From the NCBI RefSeq assembly GCF_000150275.1, contig NW_002060948.1:2720180-2784179 (forward strand): DNA of 64,000 nucleotides, given 5' to 3'. The number at the start of each line of letters is the position of its first letter. Position 1 is the stretch's first letter. A program made the position numbers and the translations under genes. Positions 40,292 to 54,459 of this stretch are shown here, piece by piece. A model generated the notes under the pieces. It saw only the letters and a program-made list of their open reading frames with translations, was not told where the DNA came from and ran no database searches. This DNA comes from Trichoplax adhaerens (Eukaryota; Animalia; Placozoa).

Positions 40292-43200
40292 TTAAACTGA
40301 AACATCGAACTCTTTATTCAGTGTTGCCAAGTCTCTTTCATCGACAGCTTGGAATAAATCTGACTTTCCGTTATAGGATAGGGCCATACGAAGTGTAGAC
40401 CATATGTTATCAGACATAGTTGTAGAACCATAATCATTTCGCTGCATATTTAGTGCAATTAGAAAATGTTCGATAGCTTCCCTAAAATTGTTTAAATATT
40501 TTACAATTTTTTCTTTAGCATAATAGAGTACTAGTCTGAAGTAATGCCGGCAATGTAATACCTATAAGCTTTCAGGTTAATACAACTTATTCCTAAGTTG
40601 TATCTAGCCCTAACATAACCAGGTGATAGAGATAAAGCAGTATGATATGCTAGGATCGCCTAGAAAATTTAAGCAGATGTAAAGCTTAATCTTCTTTCAA
40701 TGTAGCTTGAAAGTAATGGTAATCATAATTATAATTCTTTAAAGACCTCTTCGCTTTTATTACTATTAGCCAACGTCGCTCCCAATTTATTCCATAGTTC
40801 GGGATCCTATAACAATTTTGGAGAGAAATCCAACACCGATCACTATGCTAACAAATACATGGTGCGATAGACAAATCAAGTATTATACTTTTACATTTAT
40901 AGCATTTAACTGTAAATGACTATAAAACAAAGCTATTAAATACGTACATCTGGCTTACTGTCTACAGCAACTCTGAAGCAATCAGCTGCCTTTTCGTAAT
41001 CGCCAGATAAATTATAAAGTACACCTAGGCAACTCTATGAAGATACGAAATTAGTATAGCCAAGTTATAGAATTATTGCTACAGGTTAAAAGTTTATGCG
41101 TTATTGGCAGCGTTAGATTATAGGGACACCTGAACGTCGACATCTACGTTTTCAGGGGAAAGTCTAGCGGCCTCTAAAAAGACACTTTCAATCTCACGGA
41201 ATTGCTCCCTATTTATGATATATTTAAACATCGATTAATTGCACAGTTAACTGTCACTTCAAAATCTTTTGCAGTCTAAATTGCAACCTAGTCATTAATG
41301 ACGAAGTGACCATTCCATCATCAGATAGCTGAGTTGAATCTCTAACAAGATGATGATACCTACAAAAGAGATATTGTCACTGACATTCAATAACAAATAT
41401 AATTCTAACGTATGTTTATCATTCGTAGTTGAACATTCATACTTTGGGTTGTTATACAGCCAACTCTTCAGCGTTCGACAGGCCTTTAATTGAAGTATAC
41501 ATACGAATATTTCTTTAGCTATTTTGTTATACACTGCATATACCCATACAGTAAGTAGGCGTATATTAAATACGGCATTTAACTGTATAGCTCTATTAAA
41601 GAGTGCAATTAAATTATTGTTGTTTGTAATTATAGACGTAGTTGTTGAGAACTTACCTGTAATTGTAAGGATTCGTTAGTATAACTGACTGAGAGTGCCT
41701 GGAGAGCAGGCAAGCGGCCTGGTTCTAACTGTAGACACCTGATAAATGTTTAACATATTAATGTATATGCTAGAAGTATATAACACAGATTTACTAATAC
41801 TCTTAACTGACCTTCTTAGAGCAGATACTGCCTGATTTTCCTGCTCATTTTCTGCATGCGTTGTGCCAAGATATTGCCATGCCTATTGCAATGATGTCTT
41901 ATTGTCAATAAATTAATATTGCATCTAATCTATGATTATGATAACGTTTCAATATATAGAATATCATTTCACTAGTTAAACGATACCTCGACGTGTTCAG
42001 GATTTTTCTTGACCTAGGATTAGCACAGATTTTAAGTCATTATAAAGAAAAATACTACCTAACTCCAGGTACTGACTTACATCAGCTTCGAATAGCAGCA
42101 ATGCCATAGATAAATTTCCTTCTTTTAACATTTGTAAACCTTCATTAAAAGGATCAGGGTGATTTTCAAACGGATTGTCTTCCTTAAAATCGTATTCCTG
42201 ATTAGAAAGTGAGCCAGAATGACATTAGTTATAGCAAATTTTATGAGGTAACTTTACTGATATCGACCACTACTATGTCACATATAAACCTTGTTGTACG
42301 TATCCTCATATTCAGAAAGCCAAGGATGCTCTGGATGATTATCTCTATAGCGTGATATCGTTTATTATATTAGCGAACTAGGCTATATCGAAAAACAAGT
42401 TATTTATTTCTACATACTAGTAACAAATGTTACCTATCGTAGCTTTCCCATTCTTTTTGCAAGTTATCCCAAACTTCGTTATCCTTGGACTTAGAACGAA
42501 GAGTCTCGTGTTATAATGGTTTTATACTTTCAAAAATTATTAAAATTTGCCTCAAGTAGTATATAAAGATAACATTTTATTTATTTATCCACCTCTTCGT
42601 CGAATTGGTTTACCCATTGTTCTTCATTCATAACTTCTGCACCCTAACAAGATAAAATATGAATGCTTAAGTCGTCAATTTTTTATTAATTTAAGATATT
42701 CTCGTACTATTTTGTTTGAAATCATATACTTTTACAATTCTAACCTGTTGCTCAGCAGTAAATTCCTTTTCCCACTGTTCTGCTGCTCCATCAACAACCT
42801 TATCGTAAATTTATAGTATAAGAATGTAATAGAATTTCAATTGTATAATTATAGCGGTAGCAGAACAATTGGAATAGATATGCATACAAGTCATTACGAA
42901 TGATGTATGAGAGAGTATTGGTTAGGTTGTCAAGGTTAGAAAGAATGAATATATTCCATATTAGAAGCGAGCGTAGCTATTAGATTATGTGGCTAGACAC
43001 CTGATCGTCCTTAATAGTTAATTCGCCTGTGCTAAGCTTCTTTACAAAGTCGAAAAACTAACAGAATAAAATGATATGGCACCTTTAAGGGCTTACAGCT
43101 ATTGAGTTAGCTAAAATTTTTATTTTTTTGACTTTGTATACTACTCTATATGACACTACCTGACGAATAATCACATTACGTTATTCTTCCATATTATGTG

Positions 43201-45148
43201 TTATATAGAGTACATATATACCTTGGAATCTGCAAATTTAGGATCATTTGAGATTTCCGATAAAGCAGCAGCTGTATCTTTCAGTTCATTCTTAGAATTG
43301 GCTTCAACATATTCAGCAGCCCTACATACAAGTAGTTAATCCTTAAAATTAGCTAGTTACCGATATTAAATCATGATTTAGACTTAATTTACTACCAAGT
43401 ATCGTGCAATTGTTTATTGTCATTTTGGTATTCTGCAGCCCTATAAAAGAATACTTTTCTTAGTTAAACTATAGATATGAGTATTTGATCATGCGGTACA
43501 ATATGTAATGATTTCACTGTATAAAAGGTGTCTTAATACCAAATAGCATGTTCTGTGTCTTGTAAATATTCATCAGCCCATTGTGTTGGAGGATGATCAC
43601 CTAAGTGGTATAGATGGTATTGATTAAGTAGAACATTTATTTTAAAGTTTTTAAAATCAGATAGGCGTAATAAGTATATAAAAAACTACTAGCATTCTTG
43701 CAGTAAAACTGTAACATCTGTTACTACTGTCATACCCGTAGCAGAATTTTGGATTGCGCGGTATTGTTCTTCTAATTCTGGTCATAAAAATAGTTCGATA
43801 TACGTAGTATTTAGCTCAACCGTAATGTGTTGTTTTTTTATTTTGAATTTGTGTAAGAAATTTAAACTAGTAAATTCGATGGCAGTAACCTTGTTCATGC
43901 ATAAACGGTGTATTGGCAACAAAATCGTTTGCCCACTCGGTAGCTACAATGTCCGAAACACCAGGCGCTATATTGAGGAGAGAGTGGAAGTTATAACGAC
44001 GATCGTTTATTCATGGTAATATAAGAAGGGGATAGAAATCCACTTTGTGCATAATTTTTGTAACAATACAAGGAGGAATCTCATAATGATAATTAATTCT
44101 ACTGGATGATGATTGATAATGACCTGTTATAGGCGCTCTCATTTGATGCGAATGTTCAATTTCCTTCATTTCTTTCAATAAACCTTCCATTCGAAAAGTT
44201 TCGGGAGGCCTGTGTAACCTGGGGTCTTGCCTTAGATATTCATTGACCAGCTAATAATAAATTATCAATCATCCAAAAATTGGTTAATAATTGTGTACTT
44301 GATATGTTTAATTGATTGGACGATTATAATTCAATTCGTTTAAAACAAATCTATTTACAGTTAGCTATTCCTTAAAGAAGTGATTGTAAATTTTCTTACT
44401 AGCATAGTTAATTTAATATCTATTCAATTGTACATGTTGTATCCACTATCGGAAGGATAATGTTACCTCATGTTCCGATGCATGAAGGAACTGTCTTTCT
44501 AATTCCTATAAAGTGTAGTGCCATAAAGTAGATCAAGCATTACATTATTGGACAAGTTGTTAAACAGAGACTATATGATGGATATCATCTACTCATAAAA
44601 TTAATAGAATCCTTTTTTTGGAATGATTGTCGCTCAGCGTCCATTAACTTACAGCGGGATGCACAACACCTGGCCTGATCAATCCTTCCTATAAACAAAT
44701 AATAAAAAATGGATGAAGAAAGACTCTATCTTAGAAGCTCGATGATTTGTAAACCTACTTTTAACTTGTAGCATCTCTGATACTGTAACTAGCATTATTT
44801 TTAACTCCTAAACTGTTATCAAGACAAATTTAAAAAAATGTCGCCCTCTCTATTGGGCATTACTGTCACTTGCTTGACATCGATTCTATTTCATTATAAA
44901 TAAATAGTATCAATAAAGGATGTACTGTACGTGTACGATATCAGAGGTTAGCATTCAGTGATTATTCTATCAAAGCTTTTTAATGTATTCTGTATCATGA
45001 AGATTTGTATCCTATTTCCAGCAACAATGAATGCTATCTCGATGTAAAATACCTGTCGCATCGATTTATCTTGCATAAAATGTGATGTCATCTTCATCAG
45101 TGGATTAGCTCCTCCACACTCTCCTTCAGCTAAATCCCTCATCGCCAT
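40292..45148 (-). CDS. PEX5: Peroxisomal targeting signal 1 receptor PEX5, many short exons
   Basis: N-terminus [18 protein letters not shown] with the conserved ubiquitinated Cys11. Repeated WxxxF/Y motifs (WADEY, WAAEY x2, WEKEF, WVNQF, WLSEY). TPR region [57 protein letters not shown]. Stop at 40292-40294. Confidence 0.97.
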
Positions 45149-45862
45149 GATTAATTTTTCAGTTGAATCTAATTTAGTTGATAGCTAAAAAAAAATAAAA
45201 ATAATGTCATATCCTACACTATTGAATGTTATCAAGCGTAAAAACGATCGGTAGATGATTTTAGACTGAACAAATAATCGATGGCTTGGCTAGCGTTGAT
45301 CGATCGATAAAGTAGTATCATGAGCTACTGATGATAAGCAGTCAACACAGACAAAAAGTTCTGGCTGATCGCTACTGTACTTGTACCGTAGTCGATATTC
45401 TTCTTCTTCTTTTCCCTGTTATCATGCATAATACGCATCAATACTTACTATAGAGACTGCAAAAGTCAATGGATCGTTAATTTGTTGGCTAAAAGAATGA
45501 TTAGCAACTGTTCAAGTAGGGATATTCCGGTAAGCTGTCGTAGGAGTCGCCTAGGATATCGCATAAGATCTCGCTGAAAGATAATTGGATGGGTCGTCGG
45601 CTGGTCTCAGAGGTCAACCTTTTGTCACCCCACATCCTACAATATGCAGCCGTACTGTACACTGTGCACTGTACACTCTACCGTACAGTACTGCCTTAGG
45701 AGACTACAGTACAGTATACTGTAAAATAGAGGTTTGTACTGTACTAGCTGCAGATGCCAAAGGTGAAAGTGTCCCTCTCAGTATGCCCGTGCGTTAAAAA
45801 TGGAGTAAATAATTAATTATTAATTAATTAATGGGCAGTATCTCACATGGCAAGGAAAAGCC

Positions 45863-46012
45863 TTGACCAAGGGGGAGTTTAAGCCTGTTTTAGCGATGGT
45901 TTTAGCGGACGTAAGGTACCGCAGTAAATAGGATTTGACAAATAAAAAGCTATACTGCTTTGACTAGGGGCGTTTGAACCTGTTTTAGCAACGGCTTGCG
46001 TTTGACGTACCG
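45863..46012. repeat. Degenerate ~97-bp-spaced direct repeat upstream of PEX5
   Basis: ttgac.aggggg.gttt.a.cctgttttagc.a.gg...gacgt..cg occurs twice (~45863 and ~45960). Confidence 0.65.
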
Positions 46013-47869
46013 TGGGTGAAAGTGTCCGTCCATGCCTGTTGTCTGCCCGCGACTAGGGTACTCACTCAGTCTCAGGTACATTGCAAAATGGAGAAGAAAA
46101 CAAATCCAACTTGAAGCTTGATGTATCAGCTAGTGAGGTTAAAAACGTTCTCTATGATTCTATCACATGAAGTAAATTATAGTAACGAAAAAGAGAAGAT
46201 TCCTAGATAGGAACAGAAAAAGAGAGTGAAACTCTGATTGCAGTTTTGCATACTGCATGCTTTAGTATGGCAATGGACTATATCAACACAAAACGTACGA
46301 CATTACACTCCTGTGTACACACACGATGCTAACGGATGCTGTAGACTAGAGACTACTAAAAGAAGCCATTTGAAGTAATTTTAGTAGTCGATGGCTACGA
46401 TGGCCCAGAAGTTGGCCTCAAACTTTGTACTGTAAGAACGGACACCAAGATACTGCGCTATCATACAGTATTTTTGCTCGGCAATACATGCGTTGCTATG
46501 CAGTATGCACTGGCAGTAAAGACCTGGAAAGGGCTATGCAAATTAAAATGACTGTAATTACTGTAGAACTCCATAAATTTGCATATTTTCCTCGATTATG
46601 CAAATTACGTGATCCTACCAGGCTAAGTTGTATTCGCTGACGAGAGATTTTTGAGTAGTCCAATATGAATAGTCCTGGGTACATAGTACAGGCCAGAGTA
46701 CAAATAACGGTCAGGTGAACAAATCACAATAATAATAATAAAAATAATATTATCCTCTATGGTCTCGACTATCTCACTCCTGGGCTGTTCTAAAGAATAC
46801 TGCAAAACGATCAAAGTGCCAGCTTGCACTCAGCTCGTCGTACCTGAAAGTCTAAATTTCTTCCAAATCTCAATCCATTCGAACCCAATCATGCTCCGAT
46901 ATATCCTAATTAAACTGTACTAACCTCTAGCCACGCTCTCTATTAACAGATAATACCGTAGTAGTTTTACTGATGCTTAGCAATTGCATAGTGCAGTCAA
47001 TGTTAATCTAAAGACTAGATAGCACGAAATGGCGATTGTATTGCAAAGGGATAATGATATCCTTGCATGTCGAGTGCCGGATGCAGTGCCATGTGTATCT
47101 TTTCAATTAAAGCAACATACATTCAATAATATTATACGATTACTTGTGACTCATTTCATATTTTCGTCTGCCTTTTTTACTGTACAGCATCACTATACTA
47201 TACAAAACAGTTCACTCTTTATTTACTCGGACTGCTGCATTTATTTGTTTATTCTTGGAGAACTCCAGTAGATATCGTTGCAAGTAGCATTAGCTAGGAC
47301 CTGGAGGTTGCGAGTCAAAATTCGATACAGTACACTGTTACAATTTTTACACCTTAAATGTCAACTACGACGTCATTCACAAAAATCTTCATACCTCAAT
47401 ACTCTTTCTATACTATAGTTTGTCCAATTTTATCTAGAAACTCATCAAATTGTATGTAAAAATGACTAATTCCCAATAAAGTCTTTAGGTCCTCCCTTGT
47501 GTATCTGATATTACTGTATGTACTATGGAAGTACATACGCGTATATCATAGTTATAGCACAGTGGATACAGTATCGTTTATAGATTTTAGATTTTATTGT
47601 TGACATTGACAAACATCACCATTGCACAACAGTCCTTAGAAAGAGTTATGGGTAAATCCAAAGTTGGTCAATGCTCGAATAAATATTTGTAGTGTAGCCA
47701 CGAATCCGCTTAAGATTAAAATTAATAGTTGTGAGGCGAATCTAATTCGTGTAATAAATAGAAATTCACAGGAAGTTGTAGTTCTTATTTCATTATTTTG
47801 AAGACACGGTATCACAATCTTTAAATCTTTCCGATGGATCACATTTTGAGTATTTGTATCATCATATGC

Positions 47870-48890
47870 GATGAATGAAGGCGAATTGAATGATCCAAGT
47901 TTAACTCATAAAAATAATTGTTCCGGTACATTACTTACTTAATTATTTTTATATACGTATATTTCATATACATTGTAATTGCTCCAAGATATTGCTTAAG
48001 ATATTTGCTATAATGTCTTGCACATAATATATGTTTGCTCGTATATACATATGTTGTATACTGTATATTGCCGAAAAAAATGTTTAATTAAATCTTACGA
48101 GTTGACTACATTTACAGTGCCATCCTATGCAATGGATGAAGACAAATTGAATGATATAACTTTAATTTGTAAAAGTAATTACTCCGAAATATGACTCAAG
48201 ATTTTAGCGATAACGTCTTCTATATGAGTATATCGTACGTATATTTGTATATGTTATATATGCGTACTATACCGTTATATCCCCAAACTATCGAATTAAA
48301 TTTAAATTTATTAAATTCTGCAAACTAACTACATTTATAGTATTAACTTATACAGTAGATGAAGACGAATTGAATGATATAACTTTAATTTGTAAAAGGT
48401 ATTACTGCAAAATATTACTCAAGATATTAACGATAACGTCCTCTATATGATTATATCGTATGCATATTGGTATATGTTGTCGACGCATATTATTTTGCTA
48501 TATAGTATCCAACAAAAATGTCTAATTAAATTGATTAAATCTAGCAAGTTGACTACATTTACAGTATCATCCTATGCAATAGATGAAGACAAATTGAACG
48601 ATATAACTTTAATTTGTAAAAGTAATTGCTTTGAAATACATTACTCAGGATATTAGCAATAATGTCTTCTATATGATTGTATGCTGTGTATATCAGTACA
48701 GGTAATAAAATTACTGCTATACTGTTCATTAGCAAGAAAATATTTAATTCAATTCAATCCTACGAATTGACTACATTTATAATATCATTCTATGTAGTGG
48801 ATAAAGACAAATTAAATGATCGAAGTTTAATTGATAAAAGTAATTACTATCAAATGTTACTCAAGATACTGGCGAGAATGTCTTGCATAG
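47870..48890. repeat. Degenerate tandem repeat, ~220-bp unit, 5 copies
   Basis: The anchor gatgaagacaaattgaatgatataactttaatttgtaaaag occurs at 48135, 48358, 48582 and 48800, with a diverged copy at ~47875. Confidence 0.9.
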
Positions 48891-49507
48891 AGTGATAGAG
48901 ACTCTTGATTGCCAATGTGTAAATTTTAACCGACAAGAATGGTGTTGCTCCGAGTAACAAACAATTTTTTCCCGTATACTGTAGGTCTTATTTTCAGCAT
49001 CATACCCTATCGGTGTACTGTATGCTACAGAACGCCACGGTGCACCTACATAATAACCAAAGTCATTTTTTAATTATTTAAAACTTCATATTTTTAGTTT
49101 ATGTCGTTAACATACTCTTTAACATGACACCGATAATGCAGTACATCATTTTAGCAAGCTAAACTATCTAGGATATGATTATAATCTGTCTGAACTTGCG
49201 CCTTCTTAAACTATAAAACCATTGCAGTAGCACACTGTCCACGGCAGTCTACGTTGTACACTGTACTGTACAGTACAGCAATTAGTAGAGTATGTAATCA
49301 TATCCATCCAATTCATATTAAATATACAGACGGCCATCATCCCTGACCCTGTTTTGATGCTATTGGAGCCATTGGCCATTTCAAAAGCAGATACGCTACC
49401 GACACAGTCAATAATTATTAATTATAACCATCAATACATGTGTGATAGTTAACATCAAGTGCGTCTAAACATTTCTATCGTTGTTAATTTATTCTTGCTC
49501 GGCATCG

Positions 49508-52500
49508 ATGATAAATTTGTCATGTACATGCACCAGCGGTATTTTTTATCGCTACTACCAGCTATTGAATAGCTCCAAGCTTAAATTGTTCAGTAGTAAT
49601 AGAAACCCATTTCAATTATTACAATCTATTCGTACAACAAGTAGGATGGCGTCAGGAAATCATCACTTGAAATATGATAATTCATCCTTGCTATTGGGTA
49701 AGTCTGCCTTTGGGTGTAGTCCAGCAAGATGCAATCATACTAAACAGGTAATAAACATCGTGCAAATAACAAATGTACCTTGAGCTATTCTATTATTTTG
49801 TATTATATGCTCGTATGTGTATATTCTCAAATGTGTTATTGTTTTCGGCAATCCTCTGCTATAATTTAAGCAGCAGATTGAAATGTTTTAAAGTAAAATC
49901 GCAGTCAGAAACGATGATTGGATAAAGTACTGCTGTATACCCGTCGTGTGCTGACTACGATTTCAAGATTGTTTTTACAATACAGTAAATGTTGATAGTA
50001 GGATAATCATGTTCAGCTTGTTATTTATGGCATAGTGTCTATGGAGTTGTGTAACGGTCCGTAGCTTACAGATCAGGCGTAATTATAGCAAACATCAATG
50101 CAAATTTGCTCGACAGGAAACGCAAAGAATTCATTACTTTGTGGATGTTATTGAAACTCCAGATGGCGATCCTATCAATACTGTATCTCGCAAGTACTAT
50201 ACAGCAGCCCAACAGAGAGTACGGCATGATATCTGTCAAGGTACCAGCCGCTTGTAGTCAAATTACTTCGGTAGATTGCAGCAGAAATTAGCAGCGTACG
50301 AGTATTTACTCTATAGATGCCACATACGGTGCAGTCAGCAACAACGTCGAAGAGTACAGTAATCACAAAATAAGTAGCTAGTCCAGATACTATATGTTGC
50401 TCCTTTAGATAGTGAGGTAATTGAGGTTTCGTCTAATTTCCATTACTATATTAAAGCCAAAGTGAATATTTTATACATCACACAAGCACAACTAAAAGAC
50501 ATTGAAACTATGAACGTACTTGTCTAAATTAGTGTAGCCTTTACATTAAAATTGCGAGAAGGTCTACGGAAGCGAAAGATTCGAGCAAAGTACACAAATA
50601 AATGAGCATACTATTGTAATGAAGAATCTTGTCATTCATTGAATGTTGGAGATTGATTATATATGTTAACCATTTTAGCCTGCTGGAACCAATATCGATA
50701 TGACTGAATATAAACAAGTTGTACTTGGGCGCCAATTGGACCAAAGCGGATGTGCAAGCTTTAATAGTTTACTACACGAAATAGCCAACAGTTATTGCCA
50801 AATTAATAGGGATGATCGATCAGAGAAAGAATACCTATCTATTAATTTGACTGGCCCTATTTCTTATCAATTATCTATCGATCCAGGATTTTACCGTTAT
50901 GGTGTTGGAGGTCGAGGAGATTTCTGGTATACGAACCAAAATAATTTCCGCTTCAAGATAACTGACAACGACAATCGGGATTCATCCATTGTAAATGGAA
51001 CAGTATGTCCTATCGATGCTCCTTCTATTCAGGTTGGATAATGTATATGAGTGCACAAATTTGGTAGTACTTAACGTTCATATTCCACCGATCGACGTAA
51101 ACTGTAAATAATATCAGTTCATAAATCTGTACTGGAACAAGATGGTTGTAATCGTAATATCATCATAGTATTTTCACGTACGTTCATGTAGTAAAGCACG
51201 ATATTTAGCAATTAATTCGATCCATAATACTGTACCCTCTAACGAAGGGTAGACTTTACGGTGACTATAGCAGAAAATTGCGTTGTAGAGTATCAAAGTT
51301 CACTGATTGAACAAAGTCTTTGTAATCGTGACATCGAATTAATATTTTCATGTAGCTTTGAGACTAAATGACAAAATGAAACCTAAATTACAGTTATAAG
51401 TCGTACGTGTAGAGTAGATAGAATACATTTGGAATAGAAAATGTTTCCAATGTAGCCCTCGGTGCTTACTTCTTTGTGGATAATTAATTATAATGTGTAA
51501 TTCGCTGCAATTAAAACCTATCCTATCCTTTCTATTCACTCCTACCATATATATAGGATGAAGGGCATAAACCTTACATTCACCGCCTGATTGTTAGGCC
51601 TAGCGATGTAAACATAGCTAACGAAGTCAATGTTGCTGAACATCTTTCGTATTGTATAGACCATCTTAAACGTGCTATAAAGACCAAATTTAATGATCAT
51701 TTCGCAGCTATGGATCAAAATTGGATGGCTAAAATTACCAATATTCAATTAGATTATATATCGCCTGCTTATATGGGCGACGAATTAACAATTACTACTT
51801 GGTTCGATGCCGATCGAAATCGTACAATTAGTACTATCAACAGAGGAGAATGCTGCTTAAGTACCGTTTCCATAACTTTTCAACCTAAAAGGGAATATAA
51901 GATGCGATTAATTCCCCCGCAATACGTGGTATTATCCAAGGATAAGCATCTCATTGATATATCCTTTGAGATGCCTGCATTCACATCATTCCGTGACCGA
52001 TTTGGCAATCCCGATTATGGCAAAACCATGTTTATTTCAGCGGAATGCGAACAGACATCAACTCTCCTTGGTATGTGGGATGCCCACAAAATACTTCTTG
52101 AAACCAAAGGAAGGGCTACATGGTTTATTACTTACCATGAGAATAAAATTTTACCTCAATTTTATTCGACAGATCCGAATGCAACTACAATTGTTAATAT
52201 CTGGCTAGAGTCCATAGGAGAACATAGTATTATACTGCAAAACTCTATTACTGATCAAACGACTGGACATATTATAAATGAAACCAAATATATTTTGACC
52301 TATATTTATGACGGAAAATTGTCTAAGCTACCAGAATTTTTTACAGAAAGATTGAAAAAAATTGTCGAGAAAAGGCATGATTCCAAAAGGGTAAAGAAAA
52401 TATTTTATATTACTGTATTGTTTTATCCATAATAGCTGAAATTTGATATACCATTATCGCCAAAATTAATTTCCTTTTTAATGTAGGTCCAAATCATCGA

Positions 52501-52834
52501 CGAAGTTCCTCAAAATTATCACACCTACCTAACAGAAGCTCGTTGTAGTGAGCTAGATATTCGAAGTCATGTTAGTTACGGATTTTTCCAAAATTACTGT
52601 TTAGATGCTGCAAGTAGTGCAGTAAAGTCAAATAGTTCAGCCTATCAATCTAACTTTGGCTCTGATTTCAATCCTGAAATAATTTCTGAAACGAGAACTA
52701 GCTATCACGGTCAGTTATTTGGAATGGAAAAGCTAGCTGTTGATACCTGGCAAGATAACAATAACAACTTATTCTTCTTAATTAGGCATGATGATAAGCT
52801 TATTTGTCATGCCCAGTTTGTTCTAAGGGCATAA
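49508..52834 (+). CDS. Multi-hotdog-fold thioesterase-like protein A, probable mitochondrial presequence (exons 49508-49747, 50679-51032, 51557-52390, 52487-52834)
   Basis: Phase-0 GT-AG exons give ~590 aa. Motifs IVRPSDVNIANEVN...LDYISPAYMGDELTITTW, RDRFGNPD...WLESIGEHS...LSKLPEFF and ARCSELDIRSHV...LAVDTW resemble acyl-ACP-thioesterase/4HBT hotdog domains. The start codon is uncertain. Confidence 0.7.
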
Positions 52835-54459
52835 TATAATCTTCTCACCCAAATGCATTCTAGTATGCACATTTGGATGCGTTTCGAATTTCGTATTAGC
52901 AACATCCTACTCCATAATTTTAGTCGCTTCTGTATCTTCTTTAGGACCAGTTCATGTATTCTAGGATATAAAGTACTGAATGCGATATGTAACTGAAATA
53001 TCACATGATTATTAATACTGATAAATTTCCTCTGAATGTGTACTAAGCTCAACACCAAGCAATATTATAATTTGGGCAAGCTAGTTTTAATAATAACTGC
53101 AAGAATATTGCTATTGATCTTGTTGTAATACTGTATCACTCATAATGCATTTGCTAACAATATAATTTTTTATCTGTAGCCTTTATGTAATTGCGAGATA
53201 AAATAATTATTCAACGTTCTAGTATTACTACAATTAAACGAGAAAGCTCATTTTCCATGGCCTAGCATATTGAATCGTAGATGTGGTTACTAATATATAG
53301 AAGACGCTCGTTAGTTTCTAACTGTGTTTGCCGATACAAGCAGAAATAAGATGACCTGTTAACAGTCAATAGTTTTTAATGGCGGAAACTACTGGGTATG
53401 CCTAACCGATATAGCTGATACAATAGCATCAATAGTTAATTCTTACTTTAATAAATATATACCTTTTAGTTCATTTTATTATCGTAAGCTGAACTAAAGT
53501 GCCTAAGCTTCCTTTGAACAAGCATCTTACTGGCAGTAGTACTGTTTCTGCGTTAAGATAACATATAATAGACATGTAGTACATGCAGTTGCATCAAAGG
53601 CCAGATTGACATTGCTGAAATCGCCCATGAAAATGATAATTAATTGACAAAAATATTAGAATTCTCTACTGATTATTTTATTCGAACCTCATTTACTCAT
53701 TAGTTAGTGCATTTGCTATCTATACTTGGAGACTAACCAACCGATTGTAGAATACAGTAGTAAAGAAACATCATAAGGCGAAATATGCATTTTGTAGGCA
53801 GCGGGTCTCGATGACGACATACAGTACTTTAAAAGTTTATACTGTTGAGGTAGTTCTTGTTATATTGGCATTATTTTAAAATTAACTCCTTTACTAACAA
53901 GACTCGTCTACCGTTATATAAGAATAATGAAGTTCATTTTTTATAGGCAGATCTATCATTTAATTCTATGCCTTAAAATGCTATAAACAAGAGAGCAGAA
54001 TTGTTATTATTCCAGATAAGCATAATCTCGTAATGCTGTATGCAGGCCATTAAGCAATTTAAAATATAAAGAATAATTGTTATAATATTCTTTATTTAGT
54101 GCCATATCGTTTACTAGATCAAAAAATTCTGAACATATCAGAGCAAAGTATTCACTCAATCATGGTCAAGATGATGGCTAAATACAGTATGTGAAGATAA
54201 TTTTTTCTCTCATCACTTTTATACTATTAATTAAATTACTACATATTCTCGCTTCTGCAGTTGTTATATCTATTTGTAAGTTTAACTTTCTTCTTGATTT
54301 ATATGTTAAGTAAATCAATTTTACAAAGTTGATGTTATATAATTATTAAATAGTGAATAATAAATATATTTTTAATACCCCTCTCCCAGTCCAATCCAAT
54401 GATAGAATATATCAACAATGAACTACGTATTTAATTAGTAACACAAAAATAATGAGTCT

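Noticed and set aside
46240-46640. Ankyrin-like fragments (LHTAC; YCKNGHQDTA)
   Set aside because: They are too short, lie in different frames with stops, and cannot be distinguished from chance.
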